Source: Candidatus Methylacidiphilales bacterium (lineage in GTDB: Bacteria; Verrucomicrobiota; Verrucomicrobiia; Methylacidiphilales; CAZTYG01). From it: DNA of 64,000 nt. The notes below the pieces were generated by a model, which was not told the DNA's origin, did no database searches, and worked only from the letters and a program-made list of their open reading frames with translations. Below are positions 1 to 9,894 of the stretch, one piece after another (the first letter of the stretch is position 1; each line of letters opens with the position of its first letter). The position numbers and the translations under genes were made by a program. The stretch spans positions 8,614-72,613 of the forward strand of contig JANRJG010000039.1 in assembly GCA_033875315.1 (NCBI GenBank), in the 5' to 3' direction.

Positions 1-131
1 TTCTGGAAAAACCAGTGTGCCCGCCCTGTACCGCCATGGCGTTGGCGACAGCGGAAGAGCCCGCCCCACTAAAAGCCTTTAACTTCCCTGATTCAGTTGA
101 TTTGGAATAAAGGAACTCGGGGAATGCGCCA

Positions 132-1373
132 TCAACCGGGATTTCCGGCGAAGCCTTCTTTGGCCACGGTGGGACCGTTGCTCTCTTCGTCGAACTTCGG
201 CAGTTTGGTCGGCGCCGTTTGAAAAACCGGCAGCACGGGGCCGGCATTGCCGGGACGTGAAGGATATTCCACTCCCTTTTCCTGGATCAGCAGAAACATC
301 GCCAGATCGATCCCGGGGACCTCGCCCATAAGGATTTCAATCGGATAGCTCCGTCCCGCGCTCAAGCGGAACCACTCGCCGCCCATGAGCGACCAATCGT
401 GGGTGCCGACCCGCACCCGCCCGACTTGTTCACGGTCAGCCCCCATTTGCCCGGGAATTTCCATGATGCTGCCGTTCAGCACCAGCTTGCGATCGAGCCG
501 CACCGCGAGGATGTCGTCCCCGCAGCCGACAAAGCGGAAATTCCCGCTTTTCGGGGCCACGAACTGTCCTTTGTAATGAACCAGCCAGCGGGTGGGCCGC
601 ACGTCGCGGTCGACATCGAAGGCCTTGGGTGCTTCGGCCGCCTGCATGGTGGGGATGAAAATCTGGGTGGTGTGGAGGGCGTTGCGGGCGCGGTAGTAAT
701 CCTTCAGGTCGTTCTCGTCCCAACGGTCGAGGAACTTGGCCACGGCCTGGACAAACAATTGGTCCTTTTGCCCATTGTCACCCGGCGCGTTCGGACTCAT
801 GGGGGTGTCCTTGCCCTTCGGATCCTGCTTCAAGTCGTAAAACTGGCCCACCAGGGTCTCATTCCCACCCCCCCGGGAACCGAAGAGCGTTCCCAGACTG
901 CGCAACCCGCCCGGCCCGGCGCCTTTGCCTCCACCGCCCGAGCCTGTGCCCTGTTGGCCTGCCCCGGTCCCGCTACCCAGCACAGGCATGGTGGTTGAGG
1001 GTGCCCCCACCGCCGGTGGAAGACTGAAAGCCTGTTGGGTCGCCGTTGAGACCAGGATGTCCGAAGGAGTGGCGGCTTCGCCTTCCGCTCCGGTAGCCGA
1101 GGTGGTGGTCATTTCATTGACCACCTGGGGTGTTTCCGGCTGGTCCGCTGGATCGGCTTCCGGAGCCATGACGGCCTCGTCCAGTCCATTGTCGATCCCG
1201 ACTTCTACTTCAACAAAGGACTTTTTCGGGATGATTTTTTCGACGATGACGTAGCCCCCCACGACCATGAGGACCGACCCGTGGATGAGAACCGAGAGGG
1301 CCAGGGCGCCCCAGGTGGCTCTGCCGGGTTTGGCCGGTGAGTCGGTGGACTTCTTCGTCGGAAGCGTGCTCAT
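132..1373 (-). CDS. membrane-anchored protein with C-terminal PA14-like domain
   Basis: An internal ATG (residue 142 of ORF 132..1796) gives MSTLPTKK. This is followed by one TM helix (WGALALSVLIHGSVLMVVGGYVIV), a Gly/Ala/Thr-rich linker and a PA14-like signature (GNFRFVGCGDDILAVRLDRKLVLNG). The longer N-terminal extension overlaps the divergent neighbour and looks non-coding. Confidence 0.6.
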   Translation of the reverse strand: MSTLPTKKSTDSPAKPGRATWGALALSVLIHGSVLMVVGGYVIVEKIIPKKSFVEVEVGIDNGLDEAVMAPEADPADQPETPQVVNEMTTTSATGAEGEAATPSDILVSTATQQAFSLPPAVGAPSTTMPVLGSGTGAGQQGTGSGGGGKGAGPGGLRSLGTLFGSRGGGNETLVGQFYDLKQDPKGKDTPMSPNAPGDNGQKDQLFVQAVAKFLDRWDENDLKDYYRARNALHTTQIFIPTMQAAEAPKAFDVDRDVRPTRWLVHYKGQFVAPKSGNFRFVGCGDDILAVRLDRKLVLNGSIMEIPGQMGADREQVGRVRVGTHDWSLMGGEWFRLSAGRSYPIEILMGEVPGIDLAMFLLIQEKGVEYPSRPGNAGPVLPVFQTAPTKLPKFDEESNGPTVAKEGFAGNPG

Positions 1374-1475
1374 CAGTTGATCCCAACATAGCCCGGGGTG
1401 AGGGGGGATAAAGCAGGAAAACGGAGGCCGCCTGCGGCAGGGCTTGGCACGGCGATCAAGGCCGGGCATCCTGAA

Positions 1476-2327
1476 ATGGTGACGTTTTCCCGGAATGACG
1501 CCGATTTCTTTGTCCCCGACGGCACCCCACCGGATCAGGCCCTCGCCCGCACCACCCACCTGGGCATTGGGGCGCACCAGGACGACTTGGAGATTTTCAG
1601 TTTCAGTGGTATCGCCGAGTGTTATGAGGCCGGTGGCGGCACCTACACCGGGGTGGTGGTGACCGATGGCGCGGGCAGTCCAAAAACTGGCGGGGCCAGG
1701 GGCCGCTCCCCCGAGGACATGGTCGCCGACCGTCGCATGGAACAACGTCGCGCCGCCGAGATCGGGCGATACAGCTGTGTGATCCAGCTGGGCCATCCCA
1801 GTGCCACCGTCAAAGACCCCGATCGCCTTGAAGTCGTGGACGATCTCGCTGCCATCCTACGGACGGCCCGGCCTCGCGTGCTTTACCTGCACAATCCGGC
1901 CGACAAGCACGACACCCACGTTGCCGTCCTGCTCCGTTCCTTGTCCGCCCTCCGAAGCCTGCCGCAGGCAGAGCGTCCGGAAAGGGTCTATGGTTGCGAG
2001 GTCTGGCGGGGACTGGACTGGCTGGCCGATGAAGACAAGCAACCGTTGGATGCCGGCATTCACCCGGAACTGGCCGCCCCCCTGCTGCAGGTTTTTGTCT
2101 CACAAATAGGTGCCGGAAAACGCTATGATCTGGCTGCCCTTGGGCGTCGGCAGGCCAATGCCACTTTTTTTGAACCCCGTGCGTCCGACCCTTCCGGGGC
2201 CCTGGTCTTCGCCATGGATCTTACCCCCCTGGTCAGGGACGACACACTTTCAATCGAGACGCTCACGCGGCACCATCTGGAAAAATTCCAGCAGGATGTC
2301 CTCACTCGCCTGGCCCGGTTTTCCTGA
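1476..2327 (+). CDS. PIG-L/LmbE family deacetylase
   Basis: Starts at MVTFSRNDADFF (residue 27 of ORF 1398..2327). It has IGAHQDDLEIF (AHPDD-like) and NPADKHDTHVAV (H-x-D-H-like) motifs typical of LmbE/PIG-L zinc deacetylases. Confidence 0.75.
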   Translation: MVTFSRNDADFFVPDGTPPDQALARTTHLGIGAHQDDLEIFSFSGIAECYEAGGGTYTGVVVTDGAGSPKTGGARGRSPEDMVADRRMEQRRAAEIGRYSCVIQLGHPSATVKDPDRLEVVDDLAAILRTARPRVLYLHNPADKHDTHVAVLLRSLSALRSLPQAERPERVYGCEVWRGLDWLADEDKQPLDAGIHPELAAPLLQVFVSQIGAGKRYDLAALGRRQANATFFEPRASDPSGALVFAMDLTPLVRDDTLSIETLTRHHLEKFQQDVLTRLARFS

Positions 2328-2367
2328 GCGCCGTCCGGCTTCTGCCGGACTATGCTCGGCAGGGGGT

Positions 2368-2611
2368 GAACGCTTCGCGTTTGAGCGCTGAACCGTGTTC
2401 GGGTCAAGGGGGGGCGTTTTGCTTTCGCAAAAGTGCGGTCCCGCCGTCGCTGAAGCTATGGCGGGGCAAGCGAGAGGAATTGTCCCGCTTGGAAAGCGGG
2501 ACGGTGCGGAATGCCCCCTTGCGGCGTTGCTGGTTGACGAACGCTTCGCGTTTGAGTGCTGAGCTGCGTTCGAGTCAATGGACGACGTTTTGCTTTCGCA
2601 AAAGTGCGGTC
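2368..2611. repeat. two direct copies of a 73-nt unit (2368-2440 and 2539-2611, period 171 nt) abutting tRNA-Leu
   Basis: My own alignment gives 64/73 identical positions, and the last 26 nt are identical. Each copy ends with the hairpin TTTTGC-TTTC-GCAAAA followed by gtgcggtc. In copy 2, tgcggtc (2605-2611) is the complement of the tRNA-Leu 3-prime end. Confidence 0.85.
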
Positions 2612-2686
2612 GAGAGGACTCGAACCTCCATGGTTTTACCCACTAGAACCTGAATCTAGCGCGTCTGCCAATTTCGCCACGACCGC
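2605..2686 (-). tRNA. tRNA-Leu (anticodon CAG)
   Basis: The reverse complement reads GCGGTCG-TG-GCGAAATTGGCAGACGC-G-CTAGA-TTCAGGT-TCTAG-(long variable arm TGGGTAAAACCATG)-GGAGG-TTCGAGT-CCTCT-CGACCGC-A. It has a 7-bp acceptor stem, a TTCGAGT T-loop, a class II long variable arm and anticodon CAG. CCA is not encoded. Confidence 0.9.
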
Positions 2687-2756
2687 GACGATGAATCATC
2701 GAACGTAAAGATTTTTTCCTTTTTGTCGATGGGATTTTCCATGACACCCCGCCTTC

Positions 2757-3128
2757 TTGCGCAATGATAGGTTGGTGAGTTTGTCGCAGTTCCTGCTCGT
2801 TTGTGCGAACGTCTACTTCTTCCTTGGCCTGGGTCTTTACGTCCAGATGCGCAACGGTCCCATCTTCGCCCTCAGTTCGTTGGGAGCGCTTTTTATCCTG
2901 CTCGGGGCCTGGTGGCCGGAGGCGCACACGGATGGGTTGGTGGCGGCTTTTTTTCCGGGGGCGGTGGCGCTGGTCTATTTGGTCGGCGCGATGGTGTGTT
3001 TTGGTCGTTCGGAAATCCGTCCCGATTTCTGGGGCAAGGGATTGGCCATGGTCCTGATATCCGCAGTGGGTCTGGCCGGGGCTGCCTGCGCACTCCTACT
3101 GGAGTGGCCTCACGCAGTCGGGCCTTAG
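2757..3128 (+). CDS. small hypothetical integral membrane protein
   Basis: The 123-aa ORF has 3-4 hydrophobic helices (FLLVCANVYFFLGLGLY, ALSSLGALFILLGAWW, AAFFPGAVALVYLVGAMVCF, MVLISAVGLAGAACALLL). The track start is TTG and the true start is uncertain. I recognise no homology. Confidence 0.45.
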   Translation: MRNDRLVSLSQFLLVCANVYFFLGLGLYVQMRNGPIFALSSLGALFILLGAWWPEAHTDGLVAAFFPGAVALVYLVGAMVCFGRSEIRPDFWGKGLAMVLISAVGLAGAACALLLEWPHAVGP

Positions 3129-3141
3129 CCGGGAAACGAAG

Positions 3142-3308
3142 TTCACCGCGAAGTGCGCGAAGGACACGAAGAGAAACGCCTGGTCAAAAAGGCATGATCA
3201 ATCAATCGAAATACATTTCAGTTGTATCAAGGCTCACCGATCGGCGGGTGGATTTTTTGCCAACCTTAACCCGTAAGTCTTCGCGGACTTCGCGCTCTTC
3301 GTGGTGAG
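3142..3308. mobile_element. MITE-like element of about 167 bp with 32-bp imperfect terminal inverted repeats
   Basis: The left arm ttcaccgcgaagtgcgcgaaggacacgaagag (3142-3173) matches the reverse complement of the right arm gtcttcgcggacttcgcgctcttcgtggtgag (3277-3308) at 25/32 positions. The core between them is AT-richer and non-coding. A related cttcgcggacttcgtgc motif recurs near 45310. Confidence 0.5.
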
Positions 3309-3326
3309 TCAAACCATCGTTACCGC

Positions 3327-3668
3327 TTAAAACTCGAAGCCGACCAAGGCAATGCCGCCGAAGGGCTTGCGGTCGTGGGCTTCGTCGCCGATCCTTCCGT
3401 CGCGGGCGATGTTCGGGGTCAGGGTCTTCTGGCCCAATCCGGCCGAGCGGGGGGCAAAGGGACTGATCACTTCCAAGCCGCGCTGCGACATCATGACCAC
3501 CACGCCGCTGCCTTTGGCACCCCGCAATTCCTCGGGCTTGCCCGGTCGCAGTTCGCGGACATCCCGGCCGGTGGCCGGAGCTGAAAAATCACCCCCGCTT
3601 TGGGCTGACAAGGTCAGGGCCGGGGAAGCAAGCAGGGCGGTCAGGGCAAAGAGTTGGAAAGCTTTCAT
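3327..3668 (-). CDS. small secreted hypothetical protein
   Basis: It has a clear signal peptide (MKAFQLFALTALLASPALTLSAQS). The protein is 113 aa and ends in GFEF, an aromatic C-terminus. Confidence 0.55.
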   Translation of the reverse strand: MKAFQLFALTALLASPALTLSAQSGGDFSAPATGRDVRELRPGKPEELRGAKGSGVVVMMSQRGLEVISPFAPRSAGLGQKTLTPNIARDGRIGDEAHDRKPFGGIALVGFEF

Positions 3669-3745
3669 AAGACTACTCTAAATTTGCGGGCAAAAATGTC
3701 AACGCACGCGCTCGACATGCCCCGCTGCGGGAGTAACGATCAGTC

Positions 3746-4234
3746 ATGCGCGTCCTTGGCATCGACCCCTCCATCCGCTGCACCGGATATGGGATCATCG
3801 AACTGGTGGCGAAAAAGCCCCGGGCGGTGGCCTTTGGCAGCATCCCGGTGCCCGCCCGCGTTTCCCAAGGCCCCGCTCTTCTCGAGATTGTGCGCGTGCT
3901 GCGAGGGGTCATCGGCGAGCACCGTCCGGACGAAGCGGCGATGGAAGCCATCATTTATGCCCAGAGCCTCAAGACCGCCATCGTGATGGGTTCCGCGCGC
4001 GGAGCTGTTTTGGTGGCCGTGGCCGAAGCCGGATTGCCGCTGGTCGAATACCCCTCCCGCCTGGTCAAAAAGGCCGCCACGGGATTCGGGGCCGCGCAAA
4101 AGGCCCAGGTCGGCTTCATGATGCGGGCCATGCTGGGGTTGACGTCCACGCCCCAGGCCGATGCGGCGGACGCCCTGGCCGTGGCGCTGACCCATCTCCA
4201 GCACCGCCAAAGCCGGAAGGCGGATGGCAGATGA
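3746..4234 (+). CDS. ruvC: crossover junction endodeoxyribonuclease RuvC
   Basis: MRVLGIDPSIRCTGYGII at the N-terminus and DAADALAVALTH at the C-terminus are canonical RuvC motifs. The gene precedes ruvA and ruvB. Confidence 0.9.
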   Translation: MRVLGIDPSIRCTGYGIIELVAKKPRAVAFGSIPVPARVSQGPALLEIVRVLRGVIGEHRPDEAAMEAIIYAQSLKTAIVMGSARGAVLVAVAEAGLPLVEYPSRLVKKAATGFGAAQKAQVGFMMRAMLGLTSTPQADAADALAVALTHLQHRQSRKADGR

Positions 4235-4275
4235 CGGATGACAGCGGAGCCCGGTCGCATTAATCTGGCGGGAAG

Positions 4276-4866
4276 ATGATTGCGTTTCTCAAAGGCAACG
4301 TGGCCGAGGCCTTCCCCAGCCGGGTCTTGTTGGACGTCCAAGGGGTGGGCTACGAAGTGCAGATCCCGCTTTCCACATTCGAGAAATTGCCCTTGGGCCA
4401 TGCCGAGGTGACGCTCCAGACGGTTCTGGTGGTGCGGGAAGACGCGCATGTGCTCTACGGATTTTTCAGCCGTTCGGAGAAAGATCTTTTCAACCTTCTG
4501 GTCAACCATGTCAGTGGCGTGGGGCCGAAGCTGGCGCTGGCCGTTCTCAATGGCTGTTCTCCCGCCCAATTCCGCGGCGCGGTGGTGGCCCAGGATGTGG
4601 CGTTCCTTTCCCGCATCAGGGGTCTGGGCAAGAAAACGGCCGAACGCATCGTTCTCGAATTGAAGGACAAAATGGGCGTCACCGAAGCCTGGCCCCAGGC
4701 GGGCAGCGGGGCCGCGGCCACGCCGCAGCAACAAAACCTCAGCGATGCCGTGCTGGCCCTGATGAGCCTGGGTTACAAACAGGCCGATGCCCTGGCCGCG
4801 ATTGAAAAAGCCGGACCGCAGGATTCCCTGGAGGCTTTGGTGCGCGAGGCCCTCAAACGCCTATGA
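4276..4866 (+). CDS. ruvA: Holliday junction branch migration complex subunit RuvA
   Basis: It begins MIAFLKGNV and contains VGYEV, has HhH segments ([29 protein letters not shown]) and a C-terminal domain [11 protein letters not shown]. Confidence 0.9.
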   Translation: MIAFLKGNVAEAFPSRVLLDVQGVGYEVQIPLSTFEKLPLGHAEVTLQTVLVVREDAHVLYGFFSRSEKDLFNLLVNHVSGVGPKLALAVLNGCSPAQFRGAVVAQDVAFLSRIRGLGKKTAERIVLELKDKMGVTEAWPQAGSGAAATPQQQNLSDAVLALMSLGYKQADALAAIEKAGPQDSLEALVREALKRL

Positions 4867-5888
4867 AAGAACTGCCGCCAACACCGGGTGATCCGACCGC
4901 ACGCGACGAGGTCTTCCAGCAGACCCTGCGCCCCGGCACGCTGGATGAGTTTGCCGGACAGCCCAAGATCAAGGAACGGCTGGAAGTCATGATCCAGTCG
5001 GCGCGCATGCGCGGGGAGGCACTCGACCACATCCTGCTCAGCGGGCCGCCGGGCCTGGGCAAGACGACCCTGGCCCACATCCTGGCCCAGGCCATGGGGG
5101 TGCAGATCAAGATCACCTCCGGGCCCGCCTTGGAAAAAGCGGGCGACCTGGCCGGTCTCCTGACCAACTTGGAGGCCAACGATGTGTTGTTCATCGACGA
5201 AATCCACCGGCTCAACAAGGTCATCGAGGAATACCTCTATCCGGCGATGGAGGATTACCGCCTGGACATCGTCATCGACCAGGGTCCCAGCGCACGCAGC
5301 ATCTGTCTCAACCTGCCCAAGTTCACCCTCGTTGGCGCCACCACCAGGCCAGGTATGCTCAGTGCCCCGCTCCGTTCCCGTTTCGGTATGACCAACCGGT
5401 TGGAATACTACGACGCCCCCACGCTCCAGGGTATCATTGTGCGCTCGGCCGGTTTGCTGGAAATGGAAATGGTGCCGGAAGCGGCCTTGGAAATCGCCCG
5501 CCGCTCCCGCGGCACGCCCCGTATTGCCAACAATCTCCTCCGCTGGGTGCGCGATTTCGCCCTGGTGCGTAACGAGGGAAAAGTCGACCGGGAATCTGCC
5601 GACGCCGCGCTCAGTATGCTGGAGATCGACGCCCACGGGTTGGACGAAATGGACAAGCGCATTTTGGAGACGCTCATCGTGAAGTTTCAGGGCGGTCCGG
5701 TCGGCCTCAGTTCGCTGGCGGTGGCCGTCGGGGAGGAGGCCGGGACGGTGGAGGAGGTGCATGAGCCCTACCTGATCATGGAAGGATACATCAAACGCAC
5801 CCAACAGGGCCGGGTGGCACTGCCTTCGGCCTATGAGCGACTGGGTTTGAAGCCGGGTTCCGGGGAGCGACAGGGCAATCTCCTGTAG
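4863..5888 (+). CDS. ruvB: Holliday junction DNA helicase RuvB
   Basis: [12 protein letters not shown], Walker [12 protein letters not shown] and Walker [11 protein letters not shown] are present. The start overlaps the ruvA stop (ATGA). Confidence 0.95.
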   Translation: MKELPPTPGDPTARDEVFQQTLRPGTLDEFAGQPKIKERLEVMIQSARMRGEALDHILLSGPPGLGKTTLAHILAQAMGVQIKITSGPALEKAGDLAGLLTNLEANDVLFIDEIHRLNKVIEEYLYPAMEDYRLDIVIDQGPSARSICLNLPKFTLVGATTRPGMLSAPLRSRFGMTNRLEYYDAPTLQGIIVRSAGLLEMEMVPEAALEIARRSRGTPRIANNLLRWVRDFALVRNEGKVDRESADAALSMLEIDAHGLDEMDKRILETLIVKFQGGPVGLSSLAVAVGEEAGTVEEVHEPYLIMEGYIKRTQQGRVALPSAYERLGLKPGSGERQGNLL

Positions 5889-5948
5889 CTGGAACTGAAA
5901 CTACTTTTCCATTTTCATTTCTGGTCGGACCGTTAGCCTTTTCACCCG

Positions 5949-8900
5949 ATGCCCAAGCGCCAAGACCTCCACAAGATTCTCCTCATCGGTTCCGGCCCGA
6001 TCGTCATCGGCCAGGCCTGCGAATTCGACTATTCCGGCGTTCAGGCCTGCAAGGCCCTGCGCGAGGAAGGCTACGAAGTGGTGCTGATCAACAGCAACCC
6101 CGCCACCATCATGACGGATCCGGAGTTCGCCGCCCGGACCTACATCGAACCCATCACCCCCGAAGTGGTGGAGATGATCATCGCCAAGGAAAAACCCGAC
6201 GCCCTCCTGCCCACCCTCGGCGGCCAGACCGCCCTCAACACGGCCATGGCCCTGTTCAAAAACGGCGCCCTGGCCCGTCACAACGTGCAGATGATCGGGG
6301 CCAACGCCGAAGCCATCACCAAAGGTGAAGACCGCCAGATCTTCAAGGACTGCATGATCAAGATCGGCCTCGATGTGCCCAAGTCGGGCGTGGCCAAATC
6401 CGTCGCCCAGGCCCTGCAAATCGTCGAGGACATCGGCGGCAAATACCCCGTCATTTCCCGTCCTGCCTTCACCCTCGGCGGCACCGGCGGCGGCATCGCC
6501 TACAACCGCAAGGAATTCGAGGAACTCGTCGCCCGCGGCCTCGACCTTTCGCCAACCGGGGAAACCCTTATCGAGGAATGCCTGCTCGGCTGGAAAGAAT
6601 ACGAGATGGAAGTCATGCGCGACCGCGCCGACAACTGTGTCGTCATCTGCTCGATCGAAAACTTCGACCCCATGGGCGTTCACACCGGGGATTCCATCAC
6701 GGTGGCCCCTGCCCAAACGCTGACCGACAAGGAATACCAGCGCATGCGCGACGCCTCCTTCGCCGTCATCCGCGAGATCGGGGTCGAGACCGGCGGGTCC
6801 AACATCCAGTTTGCCACCGATCCGAAGACCGGGCGCATGATTGTCATCGAGATGAACCCGCGCGTGTCGCGTTCGTCCGCCCTGGCCTCCAAGGCCACCG
6901 GATTCCCCATCGCCAAGATCGCGGCCAAACTGGCCGTTGGTTACACCCTCGATGAATTGCGCAACGACATCACCAAGGAAACGCCCGCCTCCTTCGAGCC
7001 CACCATCGATTATGTGGTGACGAAGATCCCCCGTTTCACCTTTGAGAAGTTCCCCGGCGCCGACGCCACCCTGACTTCGCAGATGAAGAGCGTGGGTGAG
7101 GCCATGGCCATCGGGCGCACCTTCAAGGAATCGTTCCAGAAAGCCATCCGCTCCCTTGATTTGAAAGGCAAGGACGGCACCCTGGCCTTCGGCACGCCCA
7201 AGGAAAAGCAGCCCCTTGAAACCATCAAATCCAAACTGCGCACGCCCAACCACCAGCGATTCTGGTGGGTCACGCACGCCCTGCAGTGCGGGTTGACGGT
7301 GGAGGAAATCCACCAACTCACCGCCATCGACCGCTGGTTCCTGGAAAATCTCAAGCAGCTCTCCGACCTGGCCCTGGAGATCGAGAAAGCCGACCTCTTC
7401 GACCCTTCCTCGCTCCCCCTTCTGGAAACCGCCAAATCCTACGGCTTCTCCGATCTGCAACTGGCCGAACTTCAGTCTGCCAACTTAAAACTCAAAACCT
7501 TAAACCCCAAACAATCCTCCCTCCTCATCCGCCAGACCCGCAAGGCGGCGGGAGTCTCGGCCAGCTTCCGTCTCGTCGACACCTGCGCGGCCGAGTTCGA
7601 GGCCTACACGCCCTATTTTTATTCCACCTACGACCGCGGCGACAACGAGGCCAAGCGCACCCCGAAGAAGAAGATCATCATTCTCGGTGGCGGCCCCAAC
7701 CGCATCGGCCAGGGGATCGAGTTCGATTACTGCTGTGTCCACGCCAGCCTTTCCCTCCACGAGGCCGGATACGAGACCATCATGGTCAACTCCAACCCCG
7801 AGACCGTTTCCACCGATTATGACATATCGGACAAGCTCTACTTCGAGCCCCTCACGGTCGAGGACGTGCTCAACATCTACGAAACGGAAAACATCGACGA
7901 CCAAGTACAAGGCGTGATCGTACAGTTCGGTGGGCAGACGCCCTTGAATCTGGCCTCCGATCTCGCCGCTGCAGGCGTGCGCATCATCGGCACCCCGGTC
8001 GAGGCCATCGAGCGGGCCGAGGATCGCAAGCTCTTCCAGGAAATGCTGCACAAGCTCAAGCTCCGCCAGCCCGCCAATGCCACCGCCGTCGGCGAGGAAC
8101 AGGCCCTGCGTGGGGCCAATGCCACCGGCTACCCCGTCCTCATGCGCCCGTCCTTCGTCCTTGGCGGACGCGCCATGCAGATCGTTTACCACGACGAGGA
8201 ACTCCGCGATTACCTCCGCCGCAATGGCGAGGCCATCGGGGACCGGCCCATTCTCCTCGACCAGTTCCTCGACGATGCGACGGAGGTCGATGTGGATTGC
8301 ATCGCCGACGGGACCGACGCGGTCATCGGGGCGGTCATGGAACACATCGAACGCGCCGGGGTCCATTCCGGCGACAGTGCCTGCGTCATCCCGCCCTATT
8401 CGCTCAAGCTGGCCGTGATTGAGGAAATCCGCCGTTCCACCATCGCCATGGCCAAGGAACTGGGTGTGAAGGGGCTGATGAACGTCCAATTCGCCGTGCA
8501 GAAAGACACCGTTTACGTCCTCGAGGTCAACCCGCGCGCCTCCCGCACCGTGCCCTTCGTCTCCAAGGCCATCGGTCATCCGCTGGCCAAATACGCTTCG
8601 CTCATCATGTCGGGCAAGACCTTGAAAGAACTGGGCTTCACCCGGGAAGTCATTCCCACCTATTACAACGTCAAGGAGGCGGTTTTCCCCTTCAACAAAT
8701 TCCGCGGGGTGGACATTCTCTTGGGGCCGGAAATGAAGTCGACCGGCGAAGTCATGGGCATCGATCCCGATTTCGGCATCGCGTATGCCAAGACCCAGAT
8801 GGCCGCGGGCGGGGCCCTGCCGCTCAAGGGCAAGATCTTCGTCAGCGTGCGCGACACCGACAAGCCGCTCATTGTCGACCTCTCCCGCCAGCTGGCCGAG

Positions 8901-9224
8901 ATGGGATTCACCGTGTGCAGCACCAGCGGCACCGCCAGGGCGCTGAAGGACAACGGCGTGCCGGTGGAGGAACTGCAAAAGATCAACGAGGGCCGTCCCA
9001 ACGTCATCGACCTGATGGAGAACGGCGAACTGGCCCTCCTCATCAACACCCCCTACGGGCCGGTTGCGCGGACCGACGAAATCAAAATCCGCACCACCGC
9101 GCTCTACCACAAGGTGCCGGTGATGACGACCATGGCCGCGGCCGAGGCCTCGGTGAAAGGGATCCGCTCCCTCATCAAGGGCGGTTTCAGCGTCACCGCC
9201 CTGCAGGATGTCCACCGCAAGTGA
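5949..9224 (+). CDS. carB: carbamoyl-phosphate synthase large subunit
   Basis: The 1091-aa protein has duplicated ATP-grasp halves ([22 protein letters not shown] and [22 protein letters not shown]) and an MGS-like C-terminus. Confidence 0.97.
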   Translation: MPKRQDLHKILLIGSGPIVIGQACEFDYSGVQACKALREEGYEVVLINSNPATIMTDPEFAARTYIEPITPEVVEMIIAKEKPDALLPTLGGQTALNTAMALFKNGALARHNVQMIGANAEAITKGEDRQIFKDCMIKIGLDVPKSGVAKSVAQALQIVEDIGGKYPVISRPAFTLGGTGGGIAYNRKEFEELVARGLDLSPTGETLIEECLLGWKEYEMEVMRDRADNCVVICSIENFDPMGVHTGDSITVAPAQTLTDKEYQRMRDASFAVIREIGVETGGSNIQFATDPKTGRMIVIEMNPRVSRSSALASKATGFPIAKIAAKLAVGYTLDELRNDITKETPASFEPTIDYVVTKIPRFTFEKFPGADATLTSQMKSVGEAMAIGRTFKESFQKAIRSLDLKGKDGTLAFGTPKEKQPLETIKSKLRTPNHQRFWWVTHALQCGLTVEEIHQLTAIDRWFLENLKQLSDLALEIEKADLFDPSSLPLLETAKSYGFSDLQLAELQSANLKLKTLNPKQSSLLIRQTRKAAGVSASFRLVDTCAAEFEAYTPYFYSTYDRGDNEAKRTPKKKIIILGGGPNRIGQGIEFDYCCVHASLSLHEAGYETIMVNSNPETVSTDYDISDKLYFEPLTVEDVLNIYETENIDDQVQGVIVQFGGQTPLNLASDLAAAGVRIIGTPVEAIERAEDRKLFQEMLHKLKLRQPANATAVGEEQALRGANATGYPVLMRPSFVLGGRAMQIVYHDEELRDYLRRNGEAIGDRPILLDQFLDDATEVDVDCIADGTDAVIGAVMEHIERAGVHSGDSACVIPPYSLKLAVIEEIRRSTIAMAKELGVKGLMNVQFAVQKDTVYVLEVNPRASRTVPFVSKAIGHPLAKYASLIMSGKTLKELGFTREVIPTYYNVKEAVFPFNKFRGVDILLGPEMKSTGEVMGIDPDFGIAYAKTQMAAGGALPLKGKIFVSVRDTDKPLIVDLSRQLAEMGFTVCSTSGTARALKDNGVPVEELQKINEGRPNVIDLMENGELALLINTPYGPVARTDEIKIRTTALYHKVPVMTTMAAAEASVKGIRSLIKGGFSVTALQDVHRK

Positions 9225-9271
9225 TGTTTTGGAAGCCCAATCACGAAAACCAGTCAACAAAAGGATAGACC

Positions 9272-9751
9272 ATGAAACCAATGATCGGTGCGATCTCCTT
9301 GATGCTTGCCGTTGGTCTGGGCTCGACAGTCCATGCCCGCAGTTCCCAAAACAACGTCGGCTCGCAGCTGGGATCGATCGATGTCAAAATCATCGAAAAC
9401 AAGCCCGAAGGGGAATGGGTCGGCAAGCCCAAGGTGGTGGAATTTTGGGCCACGTGGTGCGGCCCCTGCCGCGACAGTATTCCTCACATGAATAAGATCC
9501 ATGACCAATTCAAGGATCGGGGTTTGGTGATCATCGGCATCACCGATGAGGACCGGAAGGACGTGAGGGAATTCACCAAGGAAATCCCCATGCACTACGT
9601 TGTGGCGACGGATGAAAAGGCCAGACTCAAGAAAAGCCTGGCGGTGACGGCGATCCCCCATGCGGTGGTGGTGGACAAGGCTGGCAAGATCGTTTGGGAG
9701 GGACACCCCCTGCAATTGGAAGATAAGGTTGTCGAGGACGTGCTCAAATAG
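9272..9751 (+). CDS. secreted TlpA/ResA-like thiol-disulfide oxidoreductase
   Basis: It has a signal peptide and the thioredoxin-fold motif EFWATWCGPCRDSIPHM. Confidence 0.8.
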   Translation: MKPMIGAISLMLAVGLGSTVHARSSQNNVGSQLGSIDVKIIENKPEGEWVGKPKVVEFWATWCGPCRDSIPHMNKIHDQFKDRGLVIIGITDEDRKDVREFTKEIPMHYVVATDEKARLKKSLAVTAIPHAVVVDKAGKIVWEGHPLQLEDKVVEDVLK

Positions 9752-9894
9752 CCGACTGAGCAACATTCTGCCGCTTGAAGGGATACTGTCCCTGATTCCG
9801 AACGTTTCCAGCATCATCGCCTTGTAAAGCTTCCGCCGCCGATAGTGCCCCGTCCGGCTTGTCTGGTAACGATGGTTGCCCCATCATCCCGGAG

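Noticed and set aside
2368-2611. Possible CRISPR-like or tandem array near tRNA-Leu
   Set aside because: There are only two copies, the 73-nt units are far longer than CRISPR repeats, there are no cas genes, and one copy is continuous with the tRNA. It is reported instead as a duplication.
5901-9281. Two very long minus-strand ORFs (5901..7460, 519 aa; 7500..9281, 593 aa) opposite carB
   Set aside because: They lie antisense to an unambiguous carB. Their products are Gly/Asp/Val/Ala-rich with no motifs, as expected for stop-poor antisense frames in high-GC DNA.
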